Shown: positions 42,062-56,176, counted from the first letter of the stretch. The stretch: DNA of 64,000 bases from an uncultured Ectothiorhodospiraceae bacterium (GCA_964439835.1 CAYTPQ010000006.1:30408-94407); one strand, 5' to 3'. Notes: generated from the sequence alone by a model not told the origin. Translations and numbers: made by a program.

Positions 42062-42093
42062 GGTAGGGGCGGACCCCCGTGTCCGCCCCTACC
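42062..42093. terminator. Perfect 13-bp inverted repeat between convergent aas and the BASS gene (possible bidirectional terminator)
   Basis: GGTAGGGGCGGAC-ccccgt-GTCCGCCCCTACC. There is no T-tract, so it may equally be a REP-like element. Confidence 0.45.
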
Positions 42094-42141
42094 GTGTCCA
42101 TCCCAAGAGGGGCAGCCACGGGGGCCTGCCCCTACGCCCCA

Positions 42142-43089
42142 TCAACCTTCGCGCCCTCGCCTCCCTGAGGCTCGGGTGCCTCGTTCGCGCCGGACCCAGT
42201 GCGCGGCGAGGCTCGCCCCCGAGAGGTTGTGCCAGACGCTGAAGACGGCCGCGGGGAGCGCCGCGGCGGCGGAGAAGTACTTGGCCGCGAGGGCCGCGGC
42301 GAGGCCCGAGTTCTGCATCCCGACCTCGATGGCCAACGTGCGGCACACCGCCTCGCCGTAGCCGAGCCAGCGCGCGGCCCAGTAGCCGGCGGTAAGGCCG
42401 ATCAGGTTGTGGAGCATGACCGCGGCCACTGCCGCCACCGCCAACTGCCCGATCTGGTCGCGGTTCATCGCCACCACGATGGCGATGATCAGGCAGATGG
42501 CGCTGACCGAGAACGCCGGGAACACGGTCCTCACCGTGTCCAGGCGCCGGCCAAGCCAGTGGCTCAGGAGCACACCTAGGGCGACGGGGGCGAGCACCAC
42601 CTGGACGATTCCGAGCAGCATATCCCCGGCCGGCACCGGCACCGTGCGCCCGGCGTAGAGCCAGGTGAGCGCGGGGGTCAAGACCACGGCCAGCAGGGTC
42701 GAGGACGCCGTCAGGGTCACCGACAGGGCGACGTCGCCGCGGGCCAGGTAGGTGATGACGTTCGACGCCGTGCCGCCCGGCGCCGCGCCGACCAGCACGA
42801 CGCCGGCCGCGAGCTGGGGCGGCAACCCGAGGGCGAGGCCGAGCAGCCAGCCTGCCAGCGGCATCACCAGGAACTGCAGCGCGACGCCCAGGGCGACCAG
42901 TGCCGGCCGGCGGGCCACCGCGGCGAAGCTGTCGGCGGTGAGGGTCAACCCCATGCCGAGCATCACCAGCCCCAGGAGCGGCACGATGGCGTCGCGCCAG
43001 GGCAGGAACAGGTCGGGATCGGTCACCGCCACGGCTGCGAACAGCGCGGCGAGGTACGGGAAGGCGCGGGTCAGTACATCAGGTTGCAT
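42142..43089 (-). CDS. Bile acid:sodium symporter (BASS/ACR3-like) family transporter
   Basis: 315-aa polytopic membrane protein with the GTASNVITYL pattern typical of the SBF family. Confidence 0.7.
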   Translation of the reverse strand: MQPDVLTRAFPYLAALFAAVAVTDPDLFLPWRDAIVPLLGLVMLGMGLTLTADSFAAVARRPALVALGVALQFLVMPLAGWLLGLALGLPPQLAAGVVLVGAAPGGTASNVITYLARGDVALSVTLTASSTLLAVVLTPALTWLYAGRTVPVPAGDMLLGIVQVVLAPVALGVLLSHWLGRRLDTVRTVFPAFSVSAICLIIAIVVAMNRDQIGQLAVAAVAAVMLHNLIGLTAGYWAARWLGYGEAVCRTLAIEVGMQNSGLAAALAAKYFSAAAALPAAVFSVWHNLSGASLAAHWVRRERGTRASGRRGREG

Positions 43090-43262
43090 TGAAGGAAACG
43101 CTGAACAAGTCTCCCGCCGTCATTCCGGCGCAAGCCGGAAGCCAGGGGGATCAGTCGCTGGGACCCCGGCTTCCGCCGGGATGACGACTCCTGCAGGGCT
43201 TCCCTCACGAAAAAGGGGCCGCGCAGGCCCCTCTTTCTCCTGGTCGTGGCGGAGCCCCGGGG

Positions 43263-45362
<2,100 letters not shown>

Positions 45363-45398
45363 GGCGTTTCCTCGCCCCAGCGGGGTCGTCGGGGCGCG

Positions 45399-45668
45399 CT
45401 AGCGACGGAGACCGAGGCGGCCGATCAGGTCCCGGTACCGCTGGACGTCGGTCCTGCGCAGGTAGTCCAGGAGCTGACGGCGCCGGCTGACCTTCTTCAG
45501 CAGACCCTGGCGCGAGTGGTGGTCCTGGACGTGAACCTTGAAGTGGTTCGACAGTTCGTCGATCTCCGCAGACAGGAGCGCCACCTGCACCTCCGGCGAG
45601 CCGGTGTCCGCGGGCCCGCGCTGGTACTGGGTGACGATCTCCGCCTTGCGCTGCACTGTGAGGGGCAT
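45399..45668 (-). CDS. rpsO: 30S ribosomal protein S15
   Basis: 89-aa product starting [12 protein letters not shown]. Confidence 0.9.
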   Translation of the reverse strand: MPLTVQRKAEIVTQYQRGPADTGSPEVQVALLSAEIDELSNHFKVHVQDHHSRQGLLKKVSRRRQLLDYLRRTDVQRYRDLIGRLGLRR

Positions 45669-45760
45669 CGAGTTCCTACTCCCGGGTCGTCGTTCTGGCA
45701 AGCGCGGTATTCTAGCCGCGCCCCCCCTGGGGTCACAAGGCCGCGCGCCGCGCCCGCGGG

Positions 45761-46684
45761 CTATCCCGCCGGCGGGTGGAACAGCCGGCGCGGCGCGATC
45801 CGGCCGTCGTCCAGCACCTCGCCGACGCCGAGAAATCGCGCGTCGCCGCCGTACAGCCGCACCCAGCCGCGCGTCGGCGCGCGGGGCACGAGCACCGCCT
45901 GCCCCTGGCGCAGGTAGTAGGCCATGTCCTCCGGCAGGCGGATGTCGGGCCAGTCCCCGACCGCGGACTCGATCGGCAGGACTACCGCGTCGAGGGCGGC
46001 GAGGCCCTCGCAGGCCAGCGCCTCCAAGTGCTCCAGGGTCACCATCTCGGGGGACTGGTAGGGGCCCGAGCCGAGCCGCCGCAGGGCCGCGACGTGGGCC
46101 CCGCAACCGAGGGCCGCGCCGACGTCCTCGGCCAGGGTACGCACGTAGGTGCCCTTCGAGCAGCGCACCGAGACCTCCACGTCCCGGCCGTCGAACGCCA
46201 GCAGGTCCAGGGCATGGATGACCACCTGGCGGGGCTGGCGCTCGATCTCAATGCCCCGGTGCGCGAGCTTGTACAGCGGCTTGCCCTGGAACTTGATGGC
46301 CGAGTGCATCGGCGGCACCTGCTCGATCGGCCCCAGGAAGCGGGCCAGCGCCGCCTCCACCGCCGCGCGGGTGAGCCCCTCCACTGGACGGCGCTCGAGC
46401 ACCTCGCCCTCGGCGTCGCCGGTCGTGGTGCGCTCGCCCAGGCGGAAGGTCGCCAGGTAGTGCTTGTCCGCGTTCAGCAGCACGCCCGAGATCTTGGTCG
46501 CCTCGCCGAGGCAGATCGGCAGCAGGCCGCTCGCCAGCCGGTCCAGGCTGCCCGTGTGCCCGGCCTTGCGGGCGCCGAACAGACGCTTGACGCGCTGCAA
46601 GGCGTCGTTCGAGCTCAAGCCCACCGGCTTGTCCAGCAGCACGATGCCGTCGACGTCCCTACCTCTCGATCGGTGCCTGGTCAT
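45761..46684 (-). CDS. truB: tRNA pseudouridine(55) synthase
   Basis: [21 protein letters not shown]-terminus with the catalytic Asp in GHTGSLD. Confidence 0.9.
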   Translation of the reverse strand: MTRHRSRGRDVDGIVLLDKPVGLSSNDALQRVKRLFGARKAGHTGSLDRLASGLLPICLGEATKISGVLLNADKHYLATFRLGERTTTGDAEGEVLERRPVEGLTRAAVEAALARFLGPIEQVPPMHSAIKFQGKPLYKLAHRGIEIERQPRQVVIHALDLLAFDGRDVEVSVRCSKGTYVRTLAEDVGAALGCGAHVAALRRLGSGPYQSPEMVTLEHLEALACEGLAALDAVVLPIESAVGDWPDIRLPEDMAYYLRQGQAVLVPRAPTRGWVRLYGGDARFLGVGEVLDDGRIAPRRLFHPPAG

Positions 46685-47057
46685 CTTCCCTTCCGTTGTC
46701 TACCTCATCGCGAGGGGCCGCGCTCTCGATCAGCGCGGCCAGCCGGTTGCCCTCCGCGAGCGAGGTATCCGGCACGAACTGCAGCTCCGGTACCGTGCGC
46801 ATCATCAGGCGGCGGGCGACGCCGCGGCGCAGGAACCCACCGGCGTGGCGCAGGACGCGCAGGGCATCGCGCGACGCGGCGCCGTCGTCGGGGAGTACGA
46901 CGTAGACCTTGGCGTGGGTGAGGTCGCGCGAGACCCGCACGCGGGACACCGTCAGGTGCGCGATCCGCGGGTCCCCCGCCTCGCGCAGCAAGAGCTCCGC
47001 GACCGCCCGGTGGATCGCCTCTTCCACCCGATCGACACGGCTGAACTCCCGTGGCAC
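46659..47057 (-). CDS. rbfA: Ribosome-binding factor A
   Basis: 132-aa product with a KH-like fold, in its conserved position between infB and truB. Confidence 0.85.
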   Translation of the reverse strand: MPREFSRVDRVEEAIHRAVAELLLREAGDPRIAHLTVSRVRVSRDLTHAKVYVVLPDDGAASRDALRVLRHAGGFLRRGVARRLMMRTVPELQFVPDTSLAEGNRLAALIESAAPRDEVDNGREDDQAPIER

Positions 47058-47136
47058 CGGCGATCTGCCTCAGCCGCGGCGCGAGGCGGTCGGGGCCCCG
47101 GCGGCACCGGGGCCGGAGCACAGGCGCAGAGTCACC

Positions 47137-49770
<2,634 letters not shown>

Positions 49771-49789
49771 AATCCTGAACCTCGACTGC

Positions 49790-51307
49790 CTAACTCTCCT
49801 GCGCCGCCTGTTCTTCGGCGAACCAGCTCGCTCGTGCAGCCATGATGAGCTTGCCCGCCTCTTCGGGGTCCATCCCGACCAGCTCCACCAGCTCGTCCAC
49901 CGACTGCTCCGCCAGGTCGTCCCGCGTCGCCACGCCGCGCGAGGCGAGCGAGCGCGCCAGGTCGACCGTCATCCCTTCCACGGCCAGCAACGTCTCGTCC
50001 AGGTCCGCGGCCGTCTCCTCGCTCGCGATCGCTCGAGTCAGGAGCACGTCACGGGCACGCGACTGCAGCTCCCTGGCGATGTCGCCGTCGAATTCCTCGA
50101 CCTTCAGCATCTCGTCCAGCGGGACGTAGGCGACCTCGTCGACGGTGGTGAAGCCCTCCTGCACCAGGATGGCCGCGACCTCCTCGTCGACGTCGAGCTG
50201 ATCCATGAACGAGCGCTGCAGCGCCTGGGCCTCGGCCTCGCTCTTCTCGTCGGCCTGGGCCTCGGTCATCACGTTCAGCTCCCAACCCGTCAGCTCGCTG
50301 GCGAGACGAACGTTCTGGCCGCCCCGGCCGATCGCGAGCGCGAGCTGGTTCTCCGCCACGGCCACGTCCATGCTGTGGGAGTCCTCGTCCACGACGATCG
50401 AGGAGACCTCGGCAGGCGCCATCGCGTTGACCACGAACTTCGCGGGATTCTCGTCCCACAGCACGATGTCGACACGCTCGCCCGCCAGCTCGTTCGACAC
50501 CGCCTGCACCCGCGACCCGCGCATGCCGACGCAAGCCCCGATCGGGTCGATCCGCGGCTCGCGGCTGCGCACCGCGATCTTGGCGCGCGAGCCCGGGTCC
50601 CGGGCCGCCGCCTTCACCTCGATGAGGCCGTCGGCGATCTCAGGGACCTCGAGCCGGAACAGCTCGATCAAGAGCTGCGGCGCCGTGCGGCTCACGAACA
50701 GCTGCGGTCCGCGGGGCTCCGAGCGCACTTCGCGCAGGTAACCGCGCAGCCGGTCGCCGGGACGCACCGCCTCGCGCGGGATCAGCTCCTCCTTGAGCAC
50801 CACCGCCTCGGCGTTGCCACCCAGGTCCAGTAGAACGTTGCCGCGGTCGAGGCGCTTGACGACCCCGGTGATCAGCTCGCCCTGGCGCAGCCGGTACTGC
50901 TCGACGATCTGGGCCCGCTCGGCCTCGCGAACCTTTTGCACGATCACCTGTTTGGCGGTCTGCGCGCCGATGCGCCCGAACGCCACCGACTCCATCGGCT
51001 CCTCGATAAACTCTCCCGGCTGCACGCCTGGCTTGCGCAGCACGGCTTCGCTCAGTCGTAGCTGGCGCTCGGGCACGAATGGTGCGTCCTCGGTGACGGG
51101 TGCGTCGTCGGCGATGACCTCCCACCGGCGGAAGGTGTCGTAGGCCCCACTTTCCCGGTCGATGGCGACCCGGACGTCGATCTCGCCGCCGTGCTTCTTG
51201 CGCGTGGCGCTGGCCAGTGCCGCTTCGATCGCCTCGAAGATGACCTCCTTGCCGACGCCCTTCTCGTTCGAGACGGCGTCCACCACCATGAGGATCTCTT
51301 TACTCAT
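49790..51307 (-). CDS. nusA: Transcription termination/antitermination factor NusA
   Basis: Start at [18 protein letters not shown], 505 aa. It has S1 and KH domains and a C-terminal acidic repeat region. Confidence 0.9.
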   Translation of the reverse strand: MSKEILMVVDAVSNEKGVGKEVIFEAIEAALASATRKKHGGEIDVRVAIDRESGAYDTFRRWEVIADDAPVTEDAPFVPERQLRLSEAVLRKPGVQPGEFIEEPMESVAFGRIGAQTAKQVIVQKVREAERAQIVEQYRLRQGELITGVVKRLDRGNVLLDLGGNAEAVVLKEELIPREAVRPGDRLRGYLREVRSEPRGPQLFVSRTAPQLLIELFRLEVPEIADGLIEVKAAARDPGSRAKIAVRSREPRIDPIGACVGMRGSRVQAVSNELAGERVDIVLWDENPAKFVVNAMAPAEVSSIVVDEDSHSMDVAVAENQLALAIGRGGQNVRLASELTGWELNVMTEAQADEKSEAEAQALQRSFMDQLDVDEEVAAILVQEGFTTVDEVAYVPLDEMLKVEEFDGDIARELQSRARDVLLTRAIASEETAADLDETLLAVEGMTVDLARSLASRGVATRDDLAEQSVDELVELVGMDPEEAGKLIMAARASWFAEEQAAQES

Positions 51308-51320
51308 TACCAGGACCCCA

Positions 51321-51791
51321 TCAGCGCTTTCCGATGCCCGGCTCGGGCACGAGGTGCGCACGCCGGATCGCGTCCAGCGGCAATCGCCTCTCCACCCCTT
51401 CCTCCAGCACCACGACGCAACCGTCCGCCACCCCGCGCAGGGTGCCCGTGACACTGCGTCGCCCCTCCACCGGAACGTCGAGCTTCACCTTCACGCGCTC
51501 GCCGGCAAAGCGCTCGAAGTGCGCCGGGGTGAACAGCGGGCGCTCGAACCCCGGCGAGGACACCTCCAGCGTGTAGGCGCCGCGTATCGGGTCTTCCACG
51601 TCCAGCACGCTGCTCACTTGCCGGCTCACCCGCTCGCAGTCGTCCAGGGTGATGCCGTCTGGCCGGTCGATGTACAAGCGCAGGAGGGAGCGCGCGCCCT
51701 GGCCCTGCAGCTCGACTCCCAGCAACTCGTATCCCAACCCCGCGACGCTCGGCTCGAGCAGGCGGCGTATCCGATCCGCCTCGTTACGCAT
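51321..51791 (-). CDS. rimP: Ribosome maturation factor RimP
   Basis: I place the start at the internal [14 protein letters not shown] so that it does not overlap the upstream terminator hairpin. Confidence 0.8.
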   Translation of the reverse strand: MRNEADRIRRLLEPSVAGLGYELLGVELQGQGARSLLRLYIDRPDGITLDDCERVSRQVSSVLDVEDPIRGAYTLEVSSPGFERPLFTPAHFERFAGERVKVKLDVPVEGRRSVTGTLRGVADGCVVVLEEGVERRLPLDAIRRAHLVPEPGIGKR

Positions 51792-51801
51792 CACCGGCCT
51801 C

Positions 51802-51829
51802 AGAAACAAAAAGTGGGCGCGAGGCCCAC
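51802..51829 (-). terminator. Rho-independent terminator/attenuator between metY and rimP
   Basis: Minus strand: AGTGGGC-ctcgc-GCCCACT followed by TTTTTGTTT. Confidence 0.55.
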
Positions 51830-51882
51830 TTGTTCACGTCCCGACTGGCGACCTCGCCGGCGGTCGCTAAACCGGCCGACCT

Positions 51883-51906
51883 AAAGAAAAGCCCCGACGT
51901 CGGGGC
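51883..51906 (-). terminator. Rho-independent terminator immediately 3' of tRNA-fMet
   Basis: Minus strand: GCCCCGAC/GTCGGGGC perfect palindrome followed by TTTTCTTT. Confidence 0.6.
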
Positions 51907-51919
51907 CTCTCTCGCGACT

Positions 51920-51996
51920 TGGTAGCGGGGGCAGGATTTGAACCTGCGACCTTCGGGTTATGAGCCCGACGAGCTGCCAGACTGCTCCACCCCGCA
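51920..51996 (-). tRNA. metY: tRNA-fMet (initiator, anticodon CAT)
   Basis: The reverse complement, TGCGGGGTGGAGCAGTCTGGCAGCTCGTCGGGCTCATAACCCGAAGGTCGCAGGTTCAAATCCTGCCCCCGCTACCA, closely matches E. coli tRNAfMet. It has three G-C pairs in the anticodon stem, an unpaired 1:72 position (U-U), and an encoded CCA. Confidence 0.92.
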
Positions 51997-52062
51997 CCCG
52001 AACCCCGTTAGTGTAGTGGCAGCCCCGTCCCGGTTCAAGCAGGCAGCGGAACGCCGCGCGCA

Positions 52063-52548
52063 CTACTCCAGGATGCGCACCAGTTCCCCCGACTCCACCA
52101 GGCTCCGCAGGCTACGCGCGCCGCTCGGCGTGCGGGTGGCGTCGTCCAGCGCCTCATTCGCGTCGCGGAAGCGCAACGTGACCCGACCGTCGGCGACCGT
52201 CACCCGGTAGCCCTCCGACCACGGCAAGAGCGCCTGCGCCGCGACCCGGCGAGACTCGGCGTCCTCGCCCTGGAATAACAGAGCGACATAGGGGCGGTGG
52301 CAGCCAGTGAAGTGTCGGCAGCGCAGCCTGGGGTCGGTCAACTCGTGGACCTCGGCAGGCAGTCCGCCCATGGCGCTGACCTCGGCCTGAGGACAGAGGA
52401 CCAACGAGAACTCCGGTGGGAGCCTGCCATGCTCGCGTTCCCAGCGGCTCAAGATGCCCGGCACGAAGCCGCTGATGCGCGCCACGCTCCAGGCGGCCAC
52501 GTGCGCCGGCAGGTCCAGCACGTCTACTCCACCCTGTTCGACCGTCAA
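52063..52548 (-). CDS. Hypothetical Cys-containing protein (161 aa)
   Basis: It lies upstream of, and in the same orientation as, metY. It has the Cys residues C52 and CRHFTGCH. I recognise no family. Confidence 0.4.
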   Translation of the reverse strand: MTVEQGGVDVLDLPAHVAAWSVARISGFVPGILSRWEREHGRLPPEFSLVLCPQAEVSAMGGLPAEVHELTDPRLRCRHFTGCHRPYVALLFQGEDAESRRVAAQALLPWSEGYRVTVADGRVTLRFRDANEALDDATRTPSGARSLRSLVESGELVRILE

Positions 52549-52777
52549 TTCCCGCCCCTCCGTGCCTCAAGCCCTCACGCTGCCCGGGTCTTACCTGCGA
52601 CCCTCTCCCGGGGTCTGACGGTCAGCCCGGGCGGGTGACACGTCAGGAAGGCCCTGCTAGAGTTCCCCGCCATCGCGCACAGCGCAGGGGGCCAAGCCCC
52701 CGCGCCTGGGGTGCGCTCGACGCGACCTCGGCGGATGCCGGAGGGCGCGCGGATCCTGCGAGGGCCGGGTGGGGGCC

Positions 52778-52984
52778 ATGTTCGAGAACGAGCAAGCACT
52801 GGGCTACGTCCCGCGGGTCACCGAAGGCGACCTGGAGCGCAACATCGACGAGCTGCAGTCGCGCCTGGACGCCCTCCTGGCCCAGGACAGCGAGGAAGAC
52901 CGCGAGCAGGCCAAGGTCCTCACCGTGCTGCTTCGCAATCGCCGCAACATCATCGAGCTCCTGCGCAGCGGGCGGTTCGTCTGA
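52778..52984 (+). CDS. Hypothetical small acidic protein (68 aa)
   Basis: ATG with a GGTGGGGG ribosome-binding site. MFENEQALGYVPRVTEGDLERNIDELQSRLDALL is predicted helical or coiled. I recognise no family. Confidence 0.35.
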   Translation: MFENEQALGYVPRVTEGDLERNIDELQSRLDALLAQDSEEDREQAKVLTVLLRNRRNIIELLRSGRFV

Positions 52985-53039
52985 CCGCGCGCTCCCGCGG
53001 AGCGGAACCCGCCCCTGGCGCGCAGGCCACAGGCCGGCT

Positions 53040-53489
53040 CTAGGACGGCGGCCCCGAGGTGCCCCCGCCCGTCGCTGGCGCTTCGTCGGAGTGCCCAGCC
53101 GGTGGTTCCGAGCCCCCGAGCAGCCGGCGCTCCGGCAGCTCCAGGGAGGGGGTCAGGTGCTCAGCGCTGCAGAGCGCCCGGGCGCCACCGGCCAGGTGCT
53201 CGTAGACCGCCCGGTACGACGCCGTGAGCCCCTGGAACAGGTCCGAGGTGCGCCGGAAGTGCTGGTACACCTGGTCCCGGTAGGCCTTAAGCTCGGCGTT
53301 CAGGCGATCGATCTCGGCCTGCAGCTGCCGCCGGCGGAGATGATCCGGGAGCAGCAAGAGGTAGACCGTGAACGCGCCGATGGCCATGCCCGCCAGGAAC
53401 GGCACCACCACGATCACCCACTCTTCGCCGGCCCAGAGCCCGTCCACCGCACGCCTCTCCCCGTCCCTCGCCGCCTCGGCCGTCCCCAC
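53040..53489 (-). CDS. YhcB/ZapG-like (DUF1043) inner-membrane protein
   Basis: N-terminal TM helix (VIVVVPFLAGMAIGAFTVYLLL) followed by a coiled-coil (LQAEIDRLNAELKAYRDQ). The start is uncertain. Confidence 0.55.
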   Translation of the reverse strand: MGTAEAARDGERRAVDGLWAGEEWVIVVVPFLAGMAIGAFTVYLLLLPDHLRRRQLQAEIDRLNAELKAYRDQVYQHFRRTSDLFQGLTASYRAVYEHLAGGARALCSAEHLTPSLELPERRLLGGSEPPAGHSDEAPATGGGTSGPPS

Positions 53490-53595
53490 CCGTCCTGCCA
53501 GGCCGGGCAGTAGGGCGCAGTGTAGCAGGCCGGCGGTCAGTCGAGTCGCTCAGGGCTGCCGGCGTTGCGACCGCCCGCGGCGAACCTGCGCGCTG

Positions 53596-54711
53596 TCACG
53601 CGGCGAACTGCCCTAGCCTCACCGGCTGGCGCCGCGCCCCCCACCGACCCGGCTGGGCCTCGAACACCCCCGCGCAGGGCGTACGGCAGCGGCTGCAGCG
53701 CCCGTCCGCCGTCAGGTTCCAGGTCGAGAGGACGTACCAGTCGCGCCCGATCAGGGTCTCGCCGCAGTGGTGACAGTAGGTGCTCTCGGCGGCCAGGTCG
53801 TGGACGTTGCCGACGTACGCGTACCGCACCCCGTTCCGCATCGCGATCCGCCGCGCCCGCAGCAGCGTCGCGTGCGGGGTCGCCGGCGTGTCCATCATCT
53901 TCCAGTCCGGGTGGAAGGCGGTGAAGTGCATCGGCACCTCGGGACCCAGGTGCTCGACGACCCAGCGGGTCATCGCCTCGATCTCGGCGTCGGAGTCGTT
54001 CTCCCCTGGGATCAGGAGCGTGGTGAGCTCGAACCAGACCGAGGTCTCGTGCTTCAGGTACAGGAGGGTGTCGAGGACCGGCTGGAGGTGGCCGCCGCAG
54101 AGCCGATGGTAGAAGTCCTCCGTGAACCCTTTGAGGTCGACGTTGGCCGCGTCCATCCACTGATAGAGCTCCCGCCGCGGCTCTTCGGTCATGTAGCCGG
54201 CCGTGACCGCGACCGACTTGATCCCCCTCGCCCGACAGGCCTTGGCGGTCTCGACTGCGTACTCCAGGAAGATCACGGGGTCGTTATAGGTGTAGGCGAC
54301 GCTGCGGCAGTGCAGCTGCTCGGCGGCCCGGGCCAGGGTCTCGGGGTCGGCCGCGTCCATCAGGGTGTCCATCTCCCGGGACTTGCTCATGTCCCAGTTC
54401 TGGCAGAACTTGCAGGCCAGATTGCAGCCGGCGGTGCCGAACGACAGCACCGGGGTGCCCGGCAGGAAGTGGTTCAGCGGCTTCTTCTCGATGGGGTCGA
54501 TGCAAAACCCGCTCGAGCGCCCGAAGGTCGTGAGCACGACCTGGTTCTCCACCCGGGCCCGCACGAAGCACAGACCGCGCTGGCCCTCGTGCAGCTTGCA
54601 GAATCGGGGGCACAGGTCGCACTGCACCCGACCGTCCTCTAGCGCGTGCCAGTACCGGGTCGGCACCACGCCCGGGTCCCGCAGAGACACGCCCGCCGCC
54701 TCGAACGTCAT
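53596..54711 (-). CDS. amrS: AmmeMemoRadiSam system radical SAM enzyme
   Basis: Start at MTFEAAGVSL. CNLACKFCQNW is the CxxxCxxC radical-SAM motif. There is also an N-terminal CDLCPRFC...C cluster. The fold is like a pyruvate formate lyase activating enzyme. Confidence 0.85.
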   Translation of the reverse strand: MTFEAAGVSLRDPGVVPTRYWHALEDGRVQCDLCPRFCKLHEGQRGLCFVRARVENQVVLTTFGRSSGFCIDPIEKKPLNHFLPGTPVLSFGTAGCNLACKFCQNWDMSKSREMDTLMDAADPETLARAAEQLHCRSVAYTYNDPVIFLEYAVETAKACRARGIKSVAVTAGYMTEEPRRELYQWMDAANVDLKGFTEDFYHRLCGGHLQPVLDTLLYLKHETSVWFELTTLLIPGENDSDAEIEAMTRWVVEHLGPEVPMHFTAFHPDWKMMDTPATPHATLLRARRIAMRNGVRYAYVGNVHDLAAESTYCHHCGETLIGRDWYVLSTWNLTADGRCSRCRTPCAGVFEAQPGRWGARRQPVRLGQFAA

Positions 54712-54783
54712 GGCCGTTCCTCCCACGCCCGCTGGGCTTTTCTATACTGGTCGTAGTAGGCCCCGAGGCGAGGAAAATCAAGC

Positions 54784-55569
54784 ATGGCCCTGGTACGCAG
54801 ACCCGCCGTGGCGGGCATGTTCTACCCCGACGACCCGCGCGAGCTGAGAGAGACCGTCCAGGCGCTGCTGGCCGAGGCCCCGGCCCTCGGGCCGCCGCCC
54901 AAGGCCCTGATCGCGCCGCACGCGGGGTACATCTACTCCGGTCCGACCGCCGCCGTCGCCTACGCCAGCCTCGTCCCCGCGCGGGACACCGTCCGCCGGG
55001 TGGTGCTGCTCGGGCCGAGTCACCGGGCCGCCTTCCAGGGGGTCGCGGCCTGCCGTGCGGACGTGTTCGAGACCCCGCTTGGCCGGATCCCGGTGGACAC
55101 CGCGGCGCTCGACCAGCTCGCCGACCTCCCGCAGGTCCAGGTCCTGGACGCCGCACACCTGCGCGAGCACAGCCTGGAGGTTCAGCTGCCGTTCCTGCAG
55201 GTCGTGCTGCGGGACTTCGCGCTGGTCCCGCTGGTGGTCGGCGACGCCTCGCCCGACCAGGTGGCACAGGTCCTCGATCGGCTCTGGGGCGGGCCGGAGA
55301 CGCTGATCGTGGTCAGCTCGGACCTGAGCCACTACCACGACTATGCGACGGCGTGTCAGCTGGACCGGGAGACCTCGCGCCTGATCGAGGGCCTGTCCCG
55401 GGCCGAGCTGCACGGCGAGCAGGCCTGCGGGTGCCGACCGATCAACGGGCTCCTGCGGGCCGCCCGCAGCCACGGTCTGGGCGTGACGCTCCTGGACCTG
55501 CGCAACTCCGGCGACACGGCGGGGCCGCGCGACCGGGTGGTGGGCTACGGGGCGTACGCCTTTGCCTGA
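54784..55569 (+). CDS. amrB: AmmeMemoRadiSam system protein B (MEMO1 family)
   Basis: 261-aa product with VAGMFYPDDP...LIAPHAGYIYSGP...SSDLSHYH, the Memo-like extradiol-dioxygenase-type His cluster. Confidence 0.85.
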   Translation: MALVRRPAVAGMFYPDDPRELRETVQALLAEAPALGPPPKALIAPHAGYIYSGPTAAVAYASLVPARDTVRRVVLLGPSHRAAFQGVAACRADVFETPLGRIPVDTAALDQLADLPQVQVLDAAHLREHSLEVQLPFLQVVLRDFALVPLVVGDASPDQVAQVLDRLWGGPETLIVVSSDLSHYHDYATACQLDRETSRLIEGLSRAELHGEQACGCRPINGLLRAARSHGLGVTLLDLRNSGDTAGPRDRVVGYGAYAFA

Positions 55570-56176
55570 GCCCCTGACGCCAGAGCAGCGGCGTACCCTG
55601 CTCGACGTGGCCCGGGCCTCGATCGCCCACGGCCTGGCCCACGGCGTGCCGTTACCCGCGCGGGCCGAGGACTTCGAGCCGGTGCTGCGCGAGGTCCGGG
55701 GGACCTTCGTCACGCTGAATCTGAAAGGCACGCTGCGGGGCTGCATCGGCAGCCTGGAGGCCCATCAGCCCCTGGTGGAGGACGTGGCCCGGCACGCCTT
55801 CGACGCCGCCTTCCGCGATCCCCGGTTCCGGCCCGTGACCGCAGAGGAGGCGCCGCAGCTGGAGCTCCACATCTCGCTGCTCTCGCCCAACGAGCCGATG
55901 GGCATCCGCGACGAGGCCGACCTGCTGCGCCAGCTGCGCCGAGGCGTCGACGGGCTGATCATCGCCCAGGGCCGGCGCCGCGCCACCTTCCTGCCCTCGG
56001 TCTGGGAGAGCCTGCCGGAGCCGGCGCAGTTCCTCGCCCACCTGAAGCGTAAGGCCGGCATCCCGCCCGGCCCCTCGGACGAGCCCCTGCGCGCCTGGCG
56101 CTACACCACCGAGAGCTTCACCGACTCGGAGCCCGGGGATGCAGTGGCCCGGGCCTCGACGCAGACGGGGGCCTGA
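55562..56176 (+). CDS. amrA: AmmeMemoRadiSam system protein A (AMMECR1 domain)
   Basis: TTG start overlapping the amrB stop. It has the GTFVTL...LRGCIGS AMMECR1 core. Confidence 0.85.
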   Translation: MPEPLTPEQRRTLLDVARASIAHGLAHGVPLPARAEDFEPVLREVRGTFVTLNLKGTLRGCIGSLEAHQPLVEDVARHAFDAAFRDPRFRPVTAEEAPQLELHISLLSPNEPMGIRDEADLLRQLRRGVDGLIIAQGRRRATFLPSVWESLPEPAQFLAHLKRKAGIPPGPSDEPLRAWRYTTESFTDSEPGDAVARASTQTGA

